Assembly: GCA_002633005.1 (NCBI GenBank)
Contig: NMRA01000158.1
Coordinates: 428,733-492,732 of the forward strand
DNA from: Phoronis australis
Taxonomy: Eukaryota; Animalia; Phoronida
DNA: 64,000 bases
Direction: 5' to 3'
The notes under the pieces are model-generated. The model had not been told where the DNA came from and did not search any database. It saw only the letters and a list, made by a program, of their open reading frames with translations. The translations under genes and the position numbers were made by a program. Shown here piece by piece: positions 52,701 to 64,000 of this stretch (positions are counted from its first letter, which is position 1; every line of letters starts with the position of its first letter).

Positions 52701-52833
52701 TAAATATATGTCAAGAGGTAGCAATTAATAAGTTTAAACTGAACATATACAGGAAATACCTAAGCTAAATATATGTCAAGAGGTAAAAATTAATAACTTG
52801 AACTGAACATGTACAGGAAGTACCTAAGCTAAA
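52701..52833. repeat. ~65-bp tandem duplication
   Basis: TAAATATATGTCAAGAGGTA...ACAGGAA.TACCTAAGC occurs twice. Confidence 0.85.
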
Positions 52834-53450
52834 TAAACCAAGAAAACCTGTCACAAACACATTCCAATACATAGCAACTCAAATTATTTTGTAAATGCGT
52901 ACGCTACTCTCGTTCATATTGAAAAATGCAATCGAGTGCATTCCGATCGCCGATGAGAATGTTTATAGTCTGGTACTCGCGTTAAATTATGATCTAGATT
53001 TTGTCCTTATTTGCCACCGTACCATAATCTGAACTTGTTATTCCAGTGATTTCCGGATTCACGTGTGCATTGTACACCGATGGTATGTGCACGTGCAATG
53101 AGTATTTCTTGTTAGGGTTGTTGCGACATTTGCCTTTGGGCTATAATGTCAAAGTACTCTGTCACTCCCCAGATAAGATTAACGCGGTGTTGTACATTCT
53201 GACACATGTATGAATAACTGCGTTTTACTCGTTCTGAAAAGGCCACATTGGCGTTCTATAGGTTTCAGGGGTTATAGTTCATGTCCTATCGAAGTAGTAA
53301 ATTTTCAAAACAGAGTTTTTCGATGTAATGAGCACCGCACGAGGTTTTGTGTATTCGTGTAACTGCTTTTGTCGTAAAATTTTGTTATTATAGTCCGAAT
53401 CGCTTCTGAACTCAAATACAACGATCATCGAATGAAATTCAAACGACTCA

Positions 53451-54600
53451 TCCAAGCAAACCTTGAAGGAAATGTATTTCATTGACGAATATGTAGTGAT
53501 CATACAACATATCTTCATTTATTTTTAGATAACCGCAAAAGAAATTCATTGTAAAGCAACACACCGTTTTGAGATACAAGCAATAGGTACAGGCTGAAGC
53601 AGGTCTGGTTAACTCTCACAGAAGTGTATCCTATTCTTTTATTGTCGATGACCCTTTGGCGCATAGTTCTCTGTGGTAGTGTAGCCTTAGGAGATAGTCC
53701 TAACATTATCAATTGAATGACCAGTCTGTGAACATTTTAATATTGTTATGCCGTTACAATTTTGATATGTCTTTTAAAATTCACAAGATTAGAATTTCTT
53801 AAAACGTAAGTTAGTACATTAATGAAAGCGAATATTACCAGGCTTCTATTGCAGACACAAGCTTTTGATTTGGACCACATATTACCATTATGATATTGAG
53901 GGTGCCGTCAGGGCTTGGAAAGATCTGTCACTTATTCATTTGTTAGAGCAAAATCTTAAATTTCAGGTCACTCCCTGATCTGGAATTTTATAAGATTGGT
54001 CTAAAAACGACTCAACAGTTCTTCCNCCAAGCAAACCTTGAAGGAAATGTATTTCATTGACGAATATGTAGTGATCATACAACATATCTTCATTTATTTT
54101 TAAACAACCGCAAAAGAAATTCATTGTAAAGCAACAAACCGTTTTGAGATACAAGCAATAGGTACAGGCTGAAGCATGTCTGGTTAACTCTCACTGAAGT
54201 GTATCCTGTTCTTTTATTGTCGATGACCCTTTGGCGCATAGTTCTCTGTGGTAGTGTAGCCTTAGGAGATAGTCCTAACATTATCAATTGAATGACCAGT
54301 CTGTGAACATTTTAATATTGTTATACCATTACAATTTTGATATGTCTTTTAAAATTCACAAGATTAGAATTTCTTAAAACGTAAGTTAGTACATTAATGA
54401 AAGCGAATATTACCAGGCTTCTATTGCAGACACAAGCTTTTGATTTGGACCACTTATTACCATTATGATATTGAGGGTGCCGTCAGGGCTTCGAAAGATC
54501 TGTCACTTATTCATTTGTTAGAACAAAATCTTAAATTTCAGGTCACTCCCTGATCTGGAATTTTATAAGATTGGTCTAAAAACGACTCAACAGTTCTTCC
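53451..54600. repeat. ~575-bp tandem duplication joined by a single N; probable haplotype artefact
   Basis: 53451-54025 is approximately equal to 54027-54600, with N at 54026. Confidence 0.85.
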
Positions 54601-54696
54601 CAAGCTCAGAGATGAATTATACCGAAGAAATCGGATACAACCAATTTTGCAATGGTAAGTGGCCTAAACCAGAACTTATTTTTGATAGAAAGCACG

Positions 54697-56488
54697 TCAA
54701 TTCACTTTATCAAATTTTCTCCTATGCCAGTCATGAAGGGCTTCGTAACACTCCTTGGCATGGTTTTGGGACATTCCGGTGATTTCCTTAAGCCATTCAG
54801 TGAACCGCTTTTCTACCCGGTTGAGTGCCAGGTACATTCCGAACAGTTGAAAGGCCTGAAATATATCACAAAAAACAATTGGCAATCAGTCTTATATTTA
54901 TCAGTTGATTTGTCATGTGTCATGTCAACAAAGCGTAGGTAGAATTAGGGGGGCAGGGAACCCTCCCCCCGCTTGGGGGCCGTAAAACAGCAAAAGCGTG
55001 AGGAAATATTGAGTTTATGAATTAATCCCAGTACTTTTAGACCCAAGCAAAATTTAACAATGTGCGGAGATTTAGTTTCTTTGTGCGTGTGCGGGGGTCT
55101 CAGACCCGATTTCAAGTGTCCGTTTCAATCTTCCGGCGCAATCGGTAACCATTGCTAATTATGGCGCTCCCGGTCGATATGCGCGTAACATCCCAGGCGA
55201 CCGGCAATGGCGGTGCGCACTACCACTCCTTTTTTACATCGTCTGCTCCACTGGGCAATGAAGATAATAACTTCATTTTTCAAAGTAAATGGAAGCTGAG
55301 TGACGATGAAGAAACAGAAGCTGTTGGTAAGATGTACATTTTAATCGAAGACTGTGAATTCTCAGAAAGTCGTAATTCTCTCTTTGTCAAACATTAAAAT
55401 TAAGACGATTTGTAAAGCAAGCACGTGGTTAATGCCAACACGATTTTTTCATTTGGGTAACTGAAGACTGTTTTAAACACAGCAATTTTTGCTACGAACT
55501 GGTTGCACAAAATATAAAGCGTGAAATAAACATTACGGAAAGAAGCAGGTTCGCGTGCAAACGCTGTGGACCATAAACAAGTATATCTCATAGCACGGCG
55601 TTGTCTGCATGCGCACTCTAATCAGTAGGTTATGAGTTCGCATCCGTGCAATTTTACTAATTTACATTTTAAATCACCTGTCCGAAGTAATGCCGTCGAG
55701 GGCTGATTATACTTCAGAAACCAAGAAAAGTGTTTGCTTTAAGAGGCAAGAACAAAAATCAATTTCCCCCCTTGCCGACCACCCCGTATTTTGCGCTGCG
55801 CGATTCTGCAATCAAGAGACAAAACGTTGTGCATCCCTTATGATATCCTAGATTCGCCATTTCAAAGGCTTATTATAAAATGGGAACATGATTTGTAAGC
55901 AATGAATCTGTAGATGTAGGTAGGCTTATGTGCAATTCCGTGTTTGGGATGCCGTAGTATATGACGAGAACCTAGTATAGGAAATGGAAACTGACTCTTA
56001 CCACGGGCGTGCATACCTAACACACAATGCATAATTCTTACCAAGCACAAAAACCCTGAACTCCAACCACAAGCAGGATTTCTTAACACCAACACTTTAA
56101 TACAAGTTACCAAAGTGCTCGACCCAGCTACTGTGTGTTGAATTTTCGGTTTATTGTGCCAAAAAATTACTCCGCCAAGAGTGTTTGGGTGTGGTTGGCG
56201 TCAACACTCCGTGGTAAGAGTATTGGTAGGTGTTTTTGGGGTGTGTGGTAAGATTGCATGCACTCCTAGGATAAAAGCTGGAGTTTACCCCTAGACAATA
56301 TTATGTACACATTTGTCGTCAGAACTAATTTAAAACTATAAAGTAAAAAATAGTTGTACCTTATGATATTTAGCCCCTTTCAAACGCTTTTTATGTTCAG
56401 AACCAATACCGGGCAAGGTCTCCAAGTCTTTGTCAGACATTCGGCTAGTAACGAAGTCATGGTGTTTCTGACTTTCTTCCTCAGCCAT
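54697..56488 (-). CDS. Barrier-to-autointegration factor (BAF/BANF)-like protein, 95 aa, 2 coding exons
   Basis: Exon 56488-56360 MAEEESQKHHDFVTSRMSDKDLETLPGIGSEHKKRLKGAKYHK (donor GTACAA) plus exon 54855-54697 AFQLFGMYLALNRVEKRFTEWLKEITGMSQNHAKECYEALHDWHRRKFDKVN* (acceptor TTTCAG), phase 0. Aligns without internal gaps to human BAF as I recall it (SQKHRDFV..M..K....L.GIG...K.L....K/A....G..L.L......F.EWLK...G......C...L..W). Confidence 0.88.
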
Positions 56489-57054
56489 GTTTCACTATGA
56501 AAAAACAACACAAGTAGATTTCTGAATGTGCAAATGAAAACGCTTATTATATAATCATCTGAAGAAAATCTAATACGAGAGAGGAGTAAGTGTGTGTAGA
56601 AATAGGTGGCGCTTCAGCAAAATGTCTCCATTTCTGCAGTTTCGCTTCAATAGAAAAAGCTGCAAGAGCGAATGAGGCTTTCTGTTACTCCCCATGGAAG
56701 GCCATCATGGATTGCACACATGGTCACTATGACATTTAACCCACGCGCGTTGAATCTGTCGAGGGAAATACGGCCCTGAAATAAAGTTTTCCGTATTCAC
56801 CCCCGGCACTACTTGAACAGCGACCTCTGACATGGAAAGTTCAAAAGGTAGGTCAATGTCGACTCGACTGTCTTCTGAGCCGGTTCGATCATCAAACTTT
56901 CCGAATATAGTTTAAAGTAACACAGTTGCAACAGTGTAACTAACACTCGACATGCACCCAGGCCCTCAACGTAAAATCTGGAACAAAACTGTTAATTATA
57001 AGACACTTATGTCTCAGTTTTCAATTGCTGAATAGTATAACAACTGCAACTCAC

Positions 57055-57900
57055 GCCCCAATTCCTAGGAAATTAAAATATCAAATATTGTTGTTTTTTA
57101 TATATTTCCAGGAGATGTTACAAGTTCACTGCTCAGTTGCCATTGTTTTCATCTTTGCTACCTCTTTTCAAGAAATAAATCGTTGCTTTTAAAACTGTTT
57201 CTTTTACAAGAGAAAACTTGCAACCTAACGCGCAAGTACTTAGGATGTGATCCGGCATGAGAACAGTCTGGACGAAGTATTTGAAAAATCTGCCGAAGCG
57301 TATGGGATAAATACAAAACGTACCTCGATTGGCGTACATGAAGCAATATCCCACTCGACCTCATTCCGCGTCGATACGCGGAATAATGTCTCGTGGGATA
57401 TTACTAATTCATGTACGCCACTCTCGGTACGTTTTGTGTATATATATCCCCGGGCACGTGACTGGTTAAAGCATGACTGGCACATTTCCGAAGAAATGGG
57501 TTACAATCTTCAATTTCTTCAAAAACCGCGCTGTCGTAGGGGCATGCAAAGATTGCAATGGTAGGCAGAACTCTCAAAAATCGAAAAAAATGTACAGTGG
57601 TCCTGTCGAATATCTTCAAAACGCATATTGTAATGACACGCGAAGACTGACAGCAACGGTAAATACTAATTACCATAAACTCGACTTCTTTCCAAGGCAA
57701 GAAACTAGACAGTGGCACTGTCTAATTTCTTCAAAACGCCATATTCCGGTGGAATGCAAAAATTGCAACTGTAAAAGCCTTGCAGAAGTCTACATCTATT
57801 TTTTTAACGAACACGAATGCAATACAAGTGAACTTCAGTTAAAATGAATTTTAGCAACGTACTGTTGTACTGCGATTTACTTTGCTAACAAATCTAAGAT
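57055..57900. repeat. Longer copy of an unclassified dispersed repeat
   Basis: The left half matches 41540-41980. The right half, from CCCGGGCACGTGACT, resembles 58748-59165 and 60288-60705. Confidence 0.65.
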
Positions 57901-58308
57901 GTGGCTATGGCTATGATCATTAACGATCGAGGCGTATAACCAAACGACTGTTTGAATTAAGGAACTTACAAAGATTTGGAAAATTACTTTCCAAAACTAT
58001 GCTACAAGTTAAGAGAACCTTATCAGCCAGTCTGCATTTTGTAGAAAAGTGGATGACCAATCTGAAAATTTAATTTGACTTCGACCACGCATTTGTGACG
58101 GATTCCACTGAATGGATTCCCTCAAAACCGAATTCGAAAATATGTTTAGCATTTAGTGTTCCGCTATAATACGGACTTTAGGTAATTATTGATTATACTG
58201 TGTTCCTCAGTGCAGTACAAATGCGTACTTATGACTCCTAGGTCGAGCTACAACATTGAGTAAAAACTAGAGACTAGAGTAAAACTCGAAGTTCCACATA
58301 AACCATGG

Positions 58309-58374
58309 CATACTCCGGCACAGAATATCTTAGACACTTATCATACTCCGGCACAGAATATCTTAGACACTTAT
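58309..58374. repeat. 33-bp perfect tandem duplication
   Basis: CATACTCCGGCACAGAATATCTTAGACACTTAT occurs twice. Confidence 0.9.
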
Positions 58375-58471
58375 CTTCACCTCACACCAAAATAATTTCA
58401 AGTTCGAGTACAAGAGATTAGATCCCGACTCCTAAGTGATGCTCTGAAGTTATCAAACAGTCATAGTTATT

Positions 58472-60935
58472 TCCAGTGTTACTTTGTCTCATCAGCTGAA
58501 AGACCCGCTTTTTTCCAAAGTCCAACAACAAAAACATGAACTTAGATTTTTATCAACTAAATTTATGTTGACTTTATTTTGACAAAAAAAATTATGACAT
58601 ACTTGAAAGAGCATTACTTGCTTATTATAGGGCCTTAGTTGCCGATAAAACTCAATTGATGGAGTCTTTAACTACAACGAATCAAAATGCATTAACCCCA
58701 TGGCCAACGCCGGCGTTGATTGTACTAATGATAACAATGGCATGTGACCCCGGGCACGTGACTAGTTGAACAATGACACGTTTTCGAAGAAATGAGACTG
58801 ATGTCCTGTCCAATTTCTTCGAAAACACACTGTTTCAAGGGTATTCGCAGATTGCAACGGTAGACAGGATTTTCAAAACTGGATCCCGTTCGAGAAAATT
58901 TGATAGTGGCGTTGTCGATTTTCTTCAAAACGCCATGTTGCAATGACTCTTACTTTACAACGGTAAAAGGAACTTCTTTTTTCAAAGGAACTAAGCAGTG
59001 ACACTATCCAATGTCTTCGAAACTCCATGATGCGGTGGCATAGAAATGTTGCATTATTAAAAAAACTCCACTTCTGTGTCTTTAATGAATACGTTTCAAG
59101 TGAAAATCAGATAAAATAAATTTTAACATTCTACCGTTGTAGTGCGGTTTACTCTGCTAACAAACCCACGACAGTGATTTTCCCACCATTCCCTACAAAG
59201 ATTTGGAAAATAACTGCAGCCAGGCACTACGCAAAACATTATAAATGTGGTCGCCCGAGATACAGTACAACACTTACGTAACCGAACGTTTGTTGTTGCT
59301 ATAGTCTTACACGTCTTGTTGCTTCACAGGGGTGTGTCTGAAACTGACGCGTGGTTTCCTTGTTGCCCATGCGAGTTTGAAAAATAGCGGCTGCCACTTA
59401 AAGTCACTATTTCCTTTACTTTCGCCTGCTTAGATCACAAATTAAGCTTTGCCAATCTAAAGATATCACTAAAATTAACTCTTTTCGTAAATTACAACCA
59501 TGTGCATACTCTCGTTATTTTACTATTAATTTTTTTTAAATTTATAAAAAGTGGGCGGACCTTGAGCCAAACCTCTGTATGCAGGGTTGCCAGTGAGAGA
59601 TTACCCATAATGCACACGAATCAGCTGACGGAAAAGAAACATGTCAAGCACAAGCGGTCGAGGTGAGTTAGGTGTTTTGGGACTTCTTGCCAGCTAAACA
59701 AGAAATCAGAATGTACAAACATTTGGAAATCACAGCTTGATTCTTACTCGTGAACAACAAGATTAATTTGTTCTGAGCCTCGGTTCTCTCAACTAGTTCT
59801 GTCGCTATCCCGAGTCATTCGAAGTCGACCGTGTACTTGTCTATATTACATAATATACAGGCTACCCTACAGCCTCGTGAGTTGTGTTCAATTTTAAATC
59901 TGCAATCGAGTCTTAGTGATTCATGACTTCGCCGAGCTTGGTTGATAACGTTTCCTCTTCTGGGAGATTATGTACAACTCGGAGGTGCACGATATCAGTT
60001 GCTTACGAANTCCAGTGTTACTTTGTCTCATCAGCTGAAAGACCCGCTTTTTTCCAAAGTCCAACAACAAAAACATGAACTTAGATATTTATCAACTAAA
60101 TTTATGTTGACTTTATTTTGACAAAAAAAATTATGACATACTTGAAAGAGCATTACTTGCTTATTACAGGGCCTTAGTTGCCCATAAAACTCAATTGATG
60201 GAGTCTTTAACTACAACGAATCAAAATGCATTAACCCCATGGCCAACGCCGTCGTTGATTGTACTAATGATAACAATGGCATGTGACCCCGGACACGTGA
60301 CTTGTTGAACAATGACACGTTTTCGAAGAAATGAGACTGATGTCCTGTCCAATTTCTTCGAAAACACACTGTTTCAAGGGTATTCGCAGATTGCAACGGT
60401 AGACAGGATTTTGAAGACTGGATCCCGTTCGAGAAAATTTGATAGTGGCGTTGTCGATCTTCTTCAAAACGCCATGTTGCAATGACTCTTACTTTACAAC
60501 GGTAAAAGGAACTTCTTTTTCCAAAGCAACTAAGCAGTGACACTATCCAATGTCTTCGAAACTCCATGATGCGGTGGCATAGAAATGTTGCAACATTAAA
60601 AAAACTCCACTTCTGTGTCTTTAATGAATACGTTTCAAGTGAAAATCAGATAAAATAAATTTTAACATTCTACTGTTGTAGTGCGGTTTACTCTGCTAAC
60701 AAATCCACGACGGTGGTTTTCCCACCATTCCCTACAAAGATTTGGAAAATGACTGCAGCTAGGCACTACGCAAAACATAATAACGTGGTCGCCTGAGATA
60801 CAGTAGAACACTTACGTAACAGAACGTTTGTTGTTGCTATAGAGTCTGACACGTCTTGTTGCTTCCGAGGTGGGTCTGAAACTGACGCGTTGTTTCCTTG
60901 TTGCCCATGCGAGTTTGAAAAACAGCTGCTGTCAT
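58472..60935. repeat. ~920-bp duplication (58472-~59395 vs 60011-~60935) with N at 60010; probable haplotype artefact
   Basis: Near-identical sequence restarts immediately after the N. Confidence 0.8.
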
Positions 60936-61713
60936 TGATATATTGATTTACGGTTTCTATTGTGCCTTTATGTACTTTCATTTAAAAAGATTTATGTCAT
61001 CATATTTTCTCTGTGCGTGTGGGTAACAATAGGTATACCTCCACTTGCCAGTAAAGTCCAAATGAAGGCATTAATTATAGTTAGTCTCCGTCAATTTGAA
61101 ATGATTTCAGTTCTTCGGGTTAACTATAGTACTTCCATTCGGTCTTATGAGGCTCGCACATCCAGAGTAAGTGATGTTGAAAGTTCAAACAACTGAAACG
61201 TAGCGAACGGATATCTTACTGTAAAGGTGCCACAATGTCCCCACAATTCCACATCACCCTACAAACTTCACAACTCCCCACAATTACCACAACACCCCCA
61301 CAAAACCCCGCAAATTCATAACAGCTGAGAAGCCACAACTGCCACATTCGGTCATTCCCATTGTTTTAAATCTGGTAAACCCTTTTCAGTCTACTGTTAC
61401 GTAGTATGCGGCGACCAAATCGGACTTGAATAGTCGCAATTTATTAAAAGGTGCAGTGATAGAAGTAAACAAAATCAAGGGAACACCGAGCCCGTGGCTA
61501 AGCCCAAACAAGTATAGTGCATTGAAGGCGTGTGCAAGTGGTGCCGATCGATAAACTTCCGACCAAGCATGCGCATTGATGCCCACGCGCTCAATGTGTC
61601 GTTCATCATGTTTCCACAGGTACAATTTTCAGTATAGGTGGCGCTGTGTCAGAGAAGTTAGGACAACTGTTTGTCACTTGTCCAGAACCCAAGGTCATTG
61701 GCAAACTGGAATA

Positions 61714-61876
61714 CCAGGCGGGCGTTCAGTAGACGCTAGGACCTACGCTAGCACCTAGGTAAAACCTAGTCAAAGTCACGTGTTCTCATTTGAAATAGAC
61801 GGCAATATCTCACGTAATCTCGTGTAGTCTTGCTTTTTAGCGAGGTCCTAGCGTTAATTACTGAACGGGAGGCAGG
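61714..61876. mobile_element. Second copy of the 19813-19968 MITE-like element
   Basis: Same inverted ends and same interior (CTAGTCAAAGTCACGTGTTCTCATTTGAAAT). Confidence 0.7.
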
Positions 61877-64000
61877 NAATTCATTGGATGCGACACGATT
61901 AAAACGGAGAGGAAGACAGACAACATCAGCCAATCTCCACGAAGGGCTTGACTCTCTCTCTCTGTGTATTTTCAAACGTAAAGAGTACATATAATTTGTG
62001 AGCAATAGATGGAGGATTGAAGCAGCTAAACTTGGCATCGGTTTGCTGGATTACTCGATGGTTAAAAACAAATATATTTGCTAAAGCATACGTACTTTGC
62101 AGTTTGTTGGCTATACTGTAGGCTTATCTGATTTTGACTCCGGAGTTTCACTCGTCTGGGGCGCATTTGTCTCGGCATCATATCAGCTGGATCTCAGCAT
62201 TAATCTAGAGGCCAGGAAATTTTTTTTCACTAAGGACATTTTTATTATTTTTAATTTATTTCGACCTATAATGGACATCCTTCTATTTCGTAGCGCAGCT
62301 ACATTTTATGTTATTCATATACCCGTAGGCTGGGGTTCAACTGAACTTTTCACCAAAATTGACACGGATTCGATTGGCACACGCAGGGAGGGGCACTAAA
62401 TTACTGAACTCAAAGCCTCGTTCGAGCTGTTGTCATGAAAAAGTAAACAGTTGAATTACTTTTTGGTGAGAACGTCTAGTTTACACTACGCCTTTAGAGT
62501 CAAGGAGAGTTCATTTTGTAGGTGTTCAAACACCATATTTGGATTTATGATGCTTTAAAAAACAATTTTAGTTAATTTTGTAAATGGCCACTTTTTACCA
62601 CTACACCAGACTTGTCATCTTTTGTTACCATACCACAGCTTAGTGATCATGTAACGTTTAAAATTAAATGAAAGCTACCTTTATGCATTGAAACTACAAA
62701 ATATGTAAAGTTCATCAGAAGGTTGGCCTCACTTAAATGCCTTTATGGTGCACTGAATTACGGCCAATTCCATGCCTTAATTTGACTTTTGGACACTATC
62801 CTAGACCTACCGGGGCAAACAGTTTGCCTAGGATACATTGAATATGTGCCTGAGCCTTGAACCTGATTTTTTAATTAAAATATTTCGATCGAATATTAGA
62901 AAAGTATAAACAGTGCTATCGACTCGACCTATTTTACTCGGAGAATCCCATCAGTCGTGACTTACATGTACATTTCATTTGGCGAAGTTGAGAAGACGGC
63001 AGAGTAAAAATATCGGCGAATCTTCATTGATTTTGTCCGAAATATCCTGAAATTTATGGCATCGTACAGATAAATTGACTTTAAGGTACATGCCGAGCTT
63101 TACATGAACATATCGCATCTGTGGCCTTGTCAGTTTTCAAGTGAAGGTATACCCCATGTGGATTTTCGCTGGCTCCGAAATACTTTCTCACGAACATTTA
63201 TTTTTTCATCGTCGCCTTTACATGAACGTACGATTCTCAGCTGAAAAGTATCGCCTGTTGTCTTTGTCGAAGAGTTTTCGGAAAGTGCGAAAAACACTCA
63301 GGAACGTCGTTTAGCGACAGTGTACAATGTATTTGCCTCTGACATCTTGTTTGTTTGTCTGGTGTCACGTGACTTTTCGCAAGGGGGCGGAACTTGCGAT
63401 ACGTCAATTGACGTCGTCATCCAACAGAGACGACCAGGAGCATTTACTATGAGAGGTTGCTATTATCCCAATTTCATACGATTTTTCGAAAAATTGTCCA
63501 CGTCTCTTGTGCTCCGAAAATGGATCCACGTTTAGTGGTGTTAATAGAAGTGTACTGATCACCTTCTTACCTTGCAATGGAACTTGTTCTCTGTCGAGGA
63601 GAGATTAAATCACAATCAGTGATAAAATTTTCCCATCCGGGATGATCTTGGGAATACTTTCAATGTTGGAAAAAAGTTTGAATTTGTACAGAATTCCACA
63701 TTTTTGCCTCTAAGTAGATGATTTTAAGGTTGTCTTAAAAAGCTGTTACATATTGCCTCAAAAATTATACCCGTGAACACAACAGTGATGTGTTTCTTGA
63801 TTGAACTGTTTTGAAATTGTTATTCTGGCTAAGTGTATGTGAAAAAGTGAACATAATCACTACAATGTTTCAGATTTTTTGCAACAAATATTGATCTGGA
63901 GACAAGGCTGACTTCGGGCTCACGCTGTTGACCCTTACTAATAGTCGGTGGGCCAGATCTCATAGCGTTCATCCTTGTGAGTACTTTGGGGGGGGGGGGG

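Noticed and set aside
55590-55650. tRNA or tRNA-derived SINE (GAGTTCGCATCC, B-box-like)
   Set aside because: No convincing cloverleaf or A box could be built by eye.
35956-56488. Functional cluster linking the NTase-TPR genes, HDAC6 ZnF and BAF-like gene as one antiviral locus
   Set aside because: The genes are 5-19 kb apart, separated by transposons, and the HDAC6 piece looks dead; proximity alone is not evidence in an animal genome.

Overview
Eukaryotic (probably invertebrate metazoan) draft-genome window: AT-rich, spliceosomal introns, several N gaps. Recognisable genes are: (1) a 9-exon Rh-family ammonium transporter (+, 264-12443); (2) two tandem minus-strand paralogues (13639-18429 and 31241-35956) encoding a GlnD/DUF294-type Pol-beta-superfamily nucleotidyltransferase plus a helical domain fused to a long TPR array, each built from a tiny 5' exon and one giant exon, the second carrying a frameshift; (3) an orphan, frameshifted 3-exon HDAC6-type ZnF-UBP fragment (-, 48113-49124); (4) a divergent two-exon BAF (barrier-to-autointegration factor)-like gene (-, 54697-56488) whose first exon is absent from the ORF track. 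The rest is mostly mobile DNA: Kolobok-type TTAA elements with THAP relics, MITEs with TA, 5-bp or 8-bp target duplications, LINE remnants and minisatellites. Four near-identical duplications abut N gaps and are probably uncollapsed haplotypes. The most interesting signal is the NTase-TPR pair, a candidate sensor-enzyme system of unknown function. All calls were made by eye; no database searches were run.
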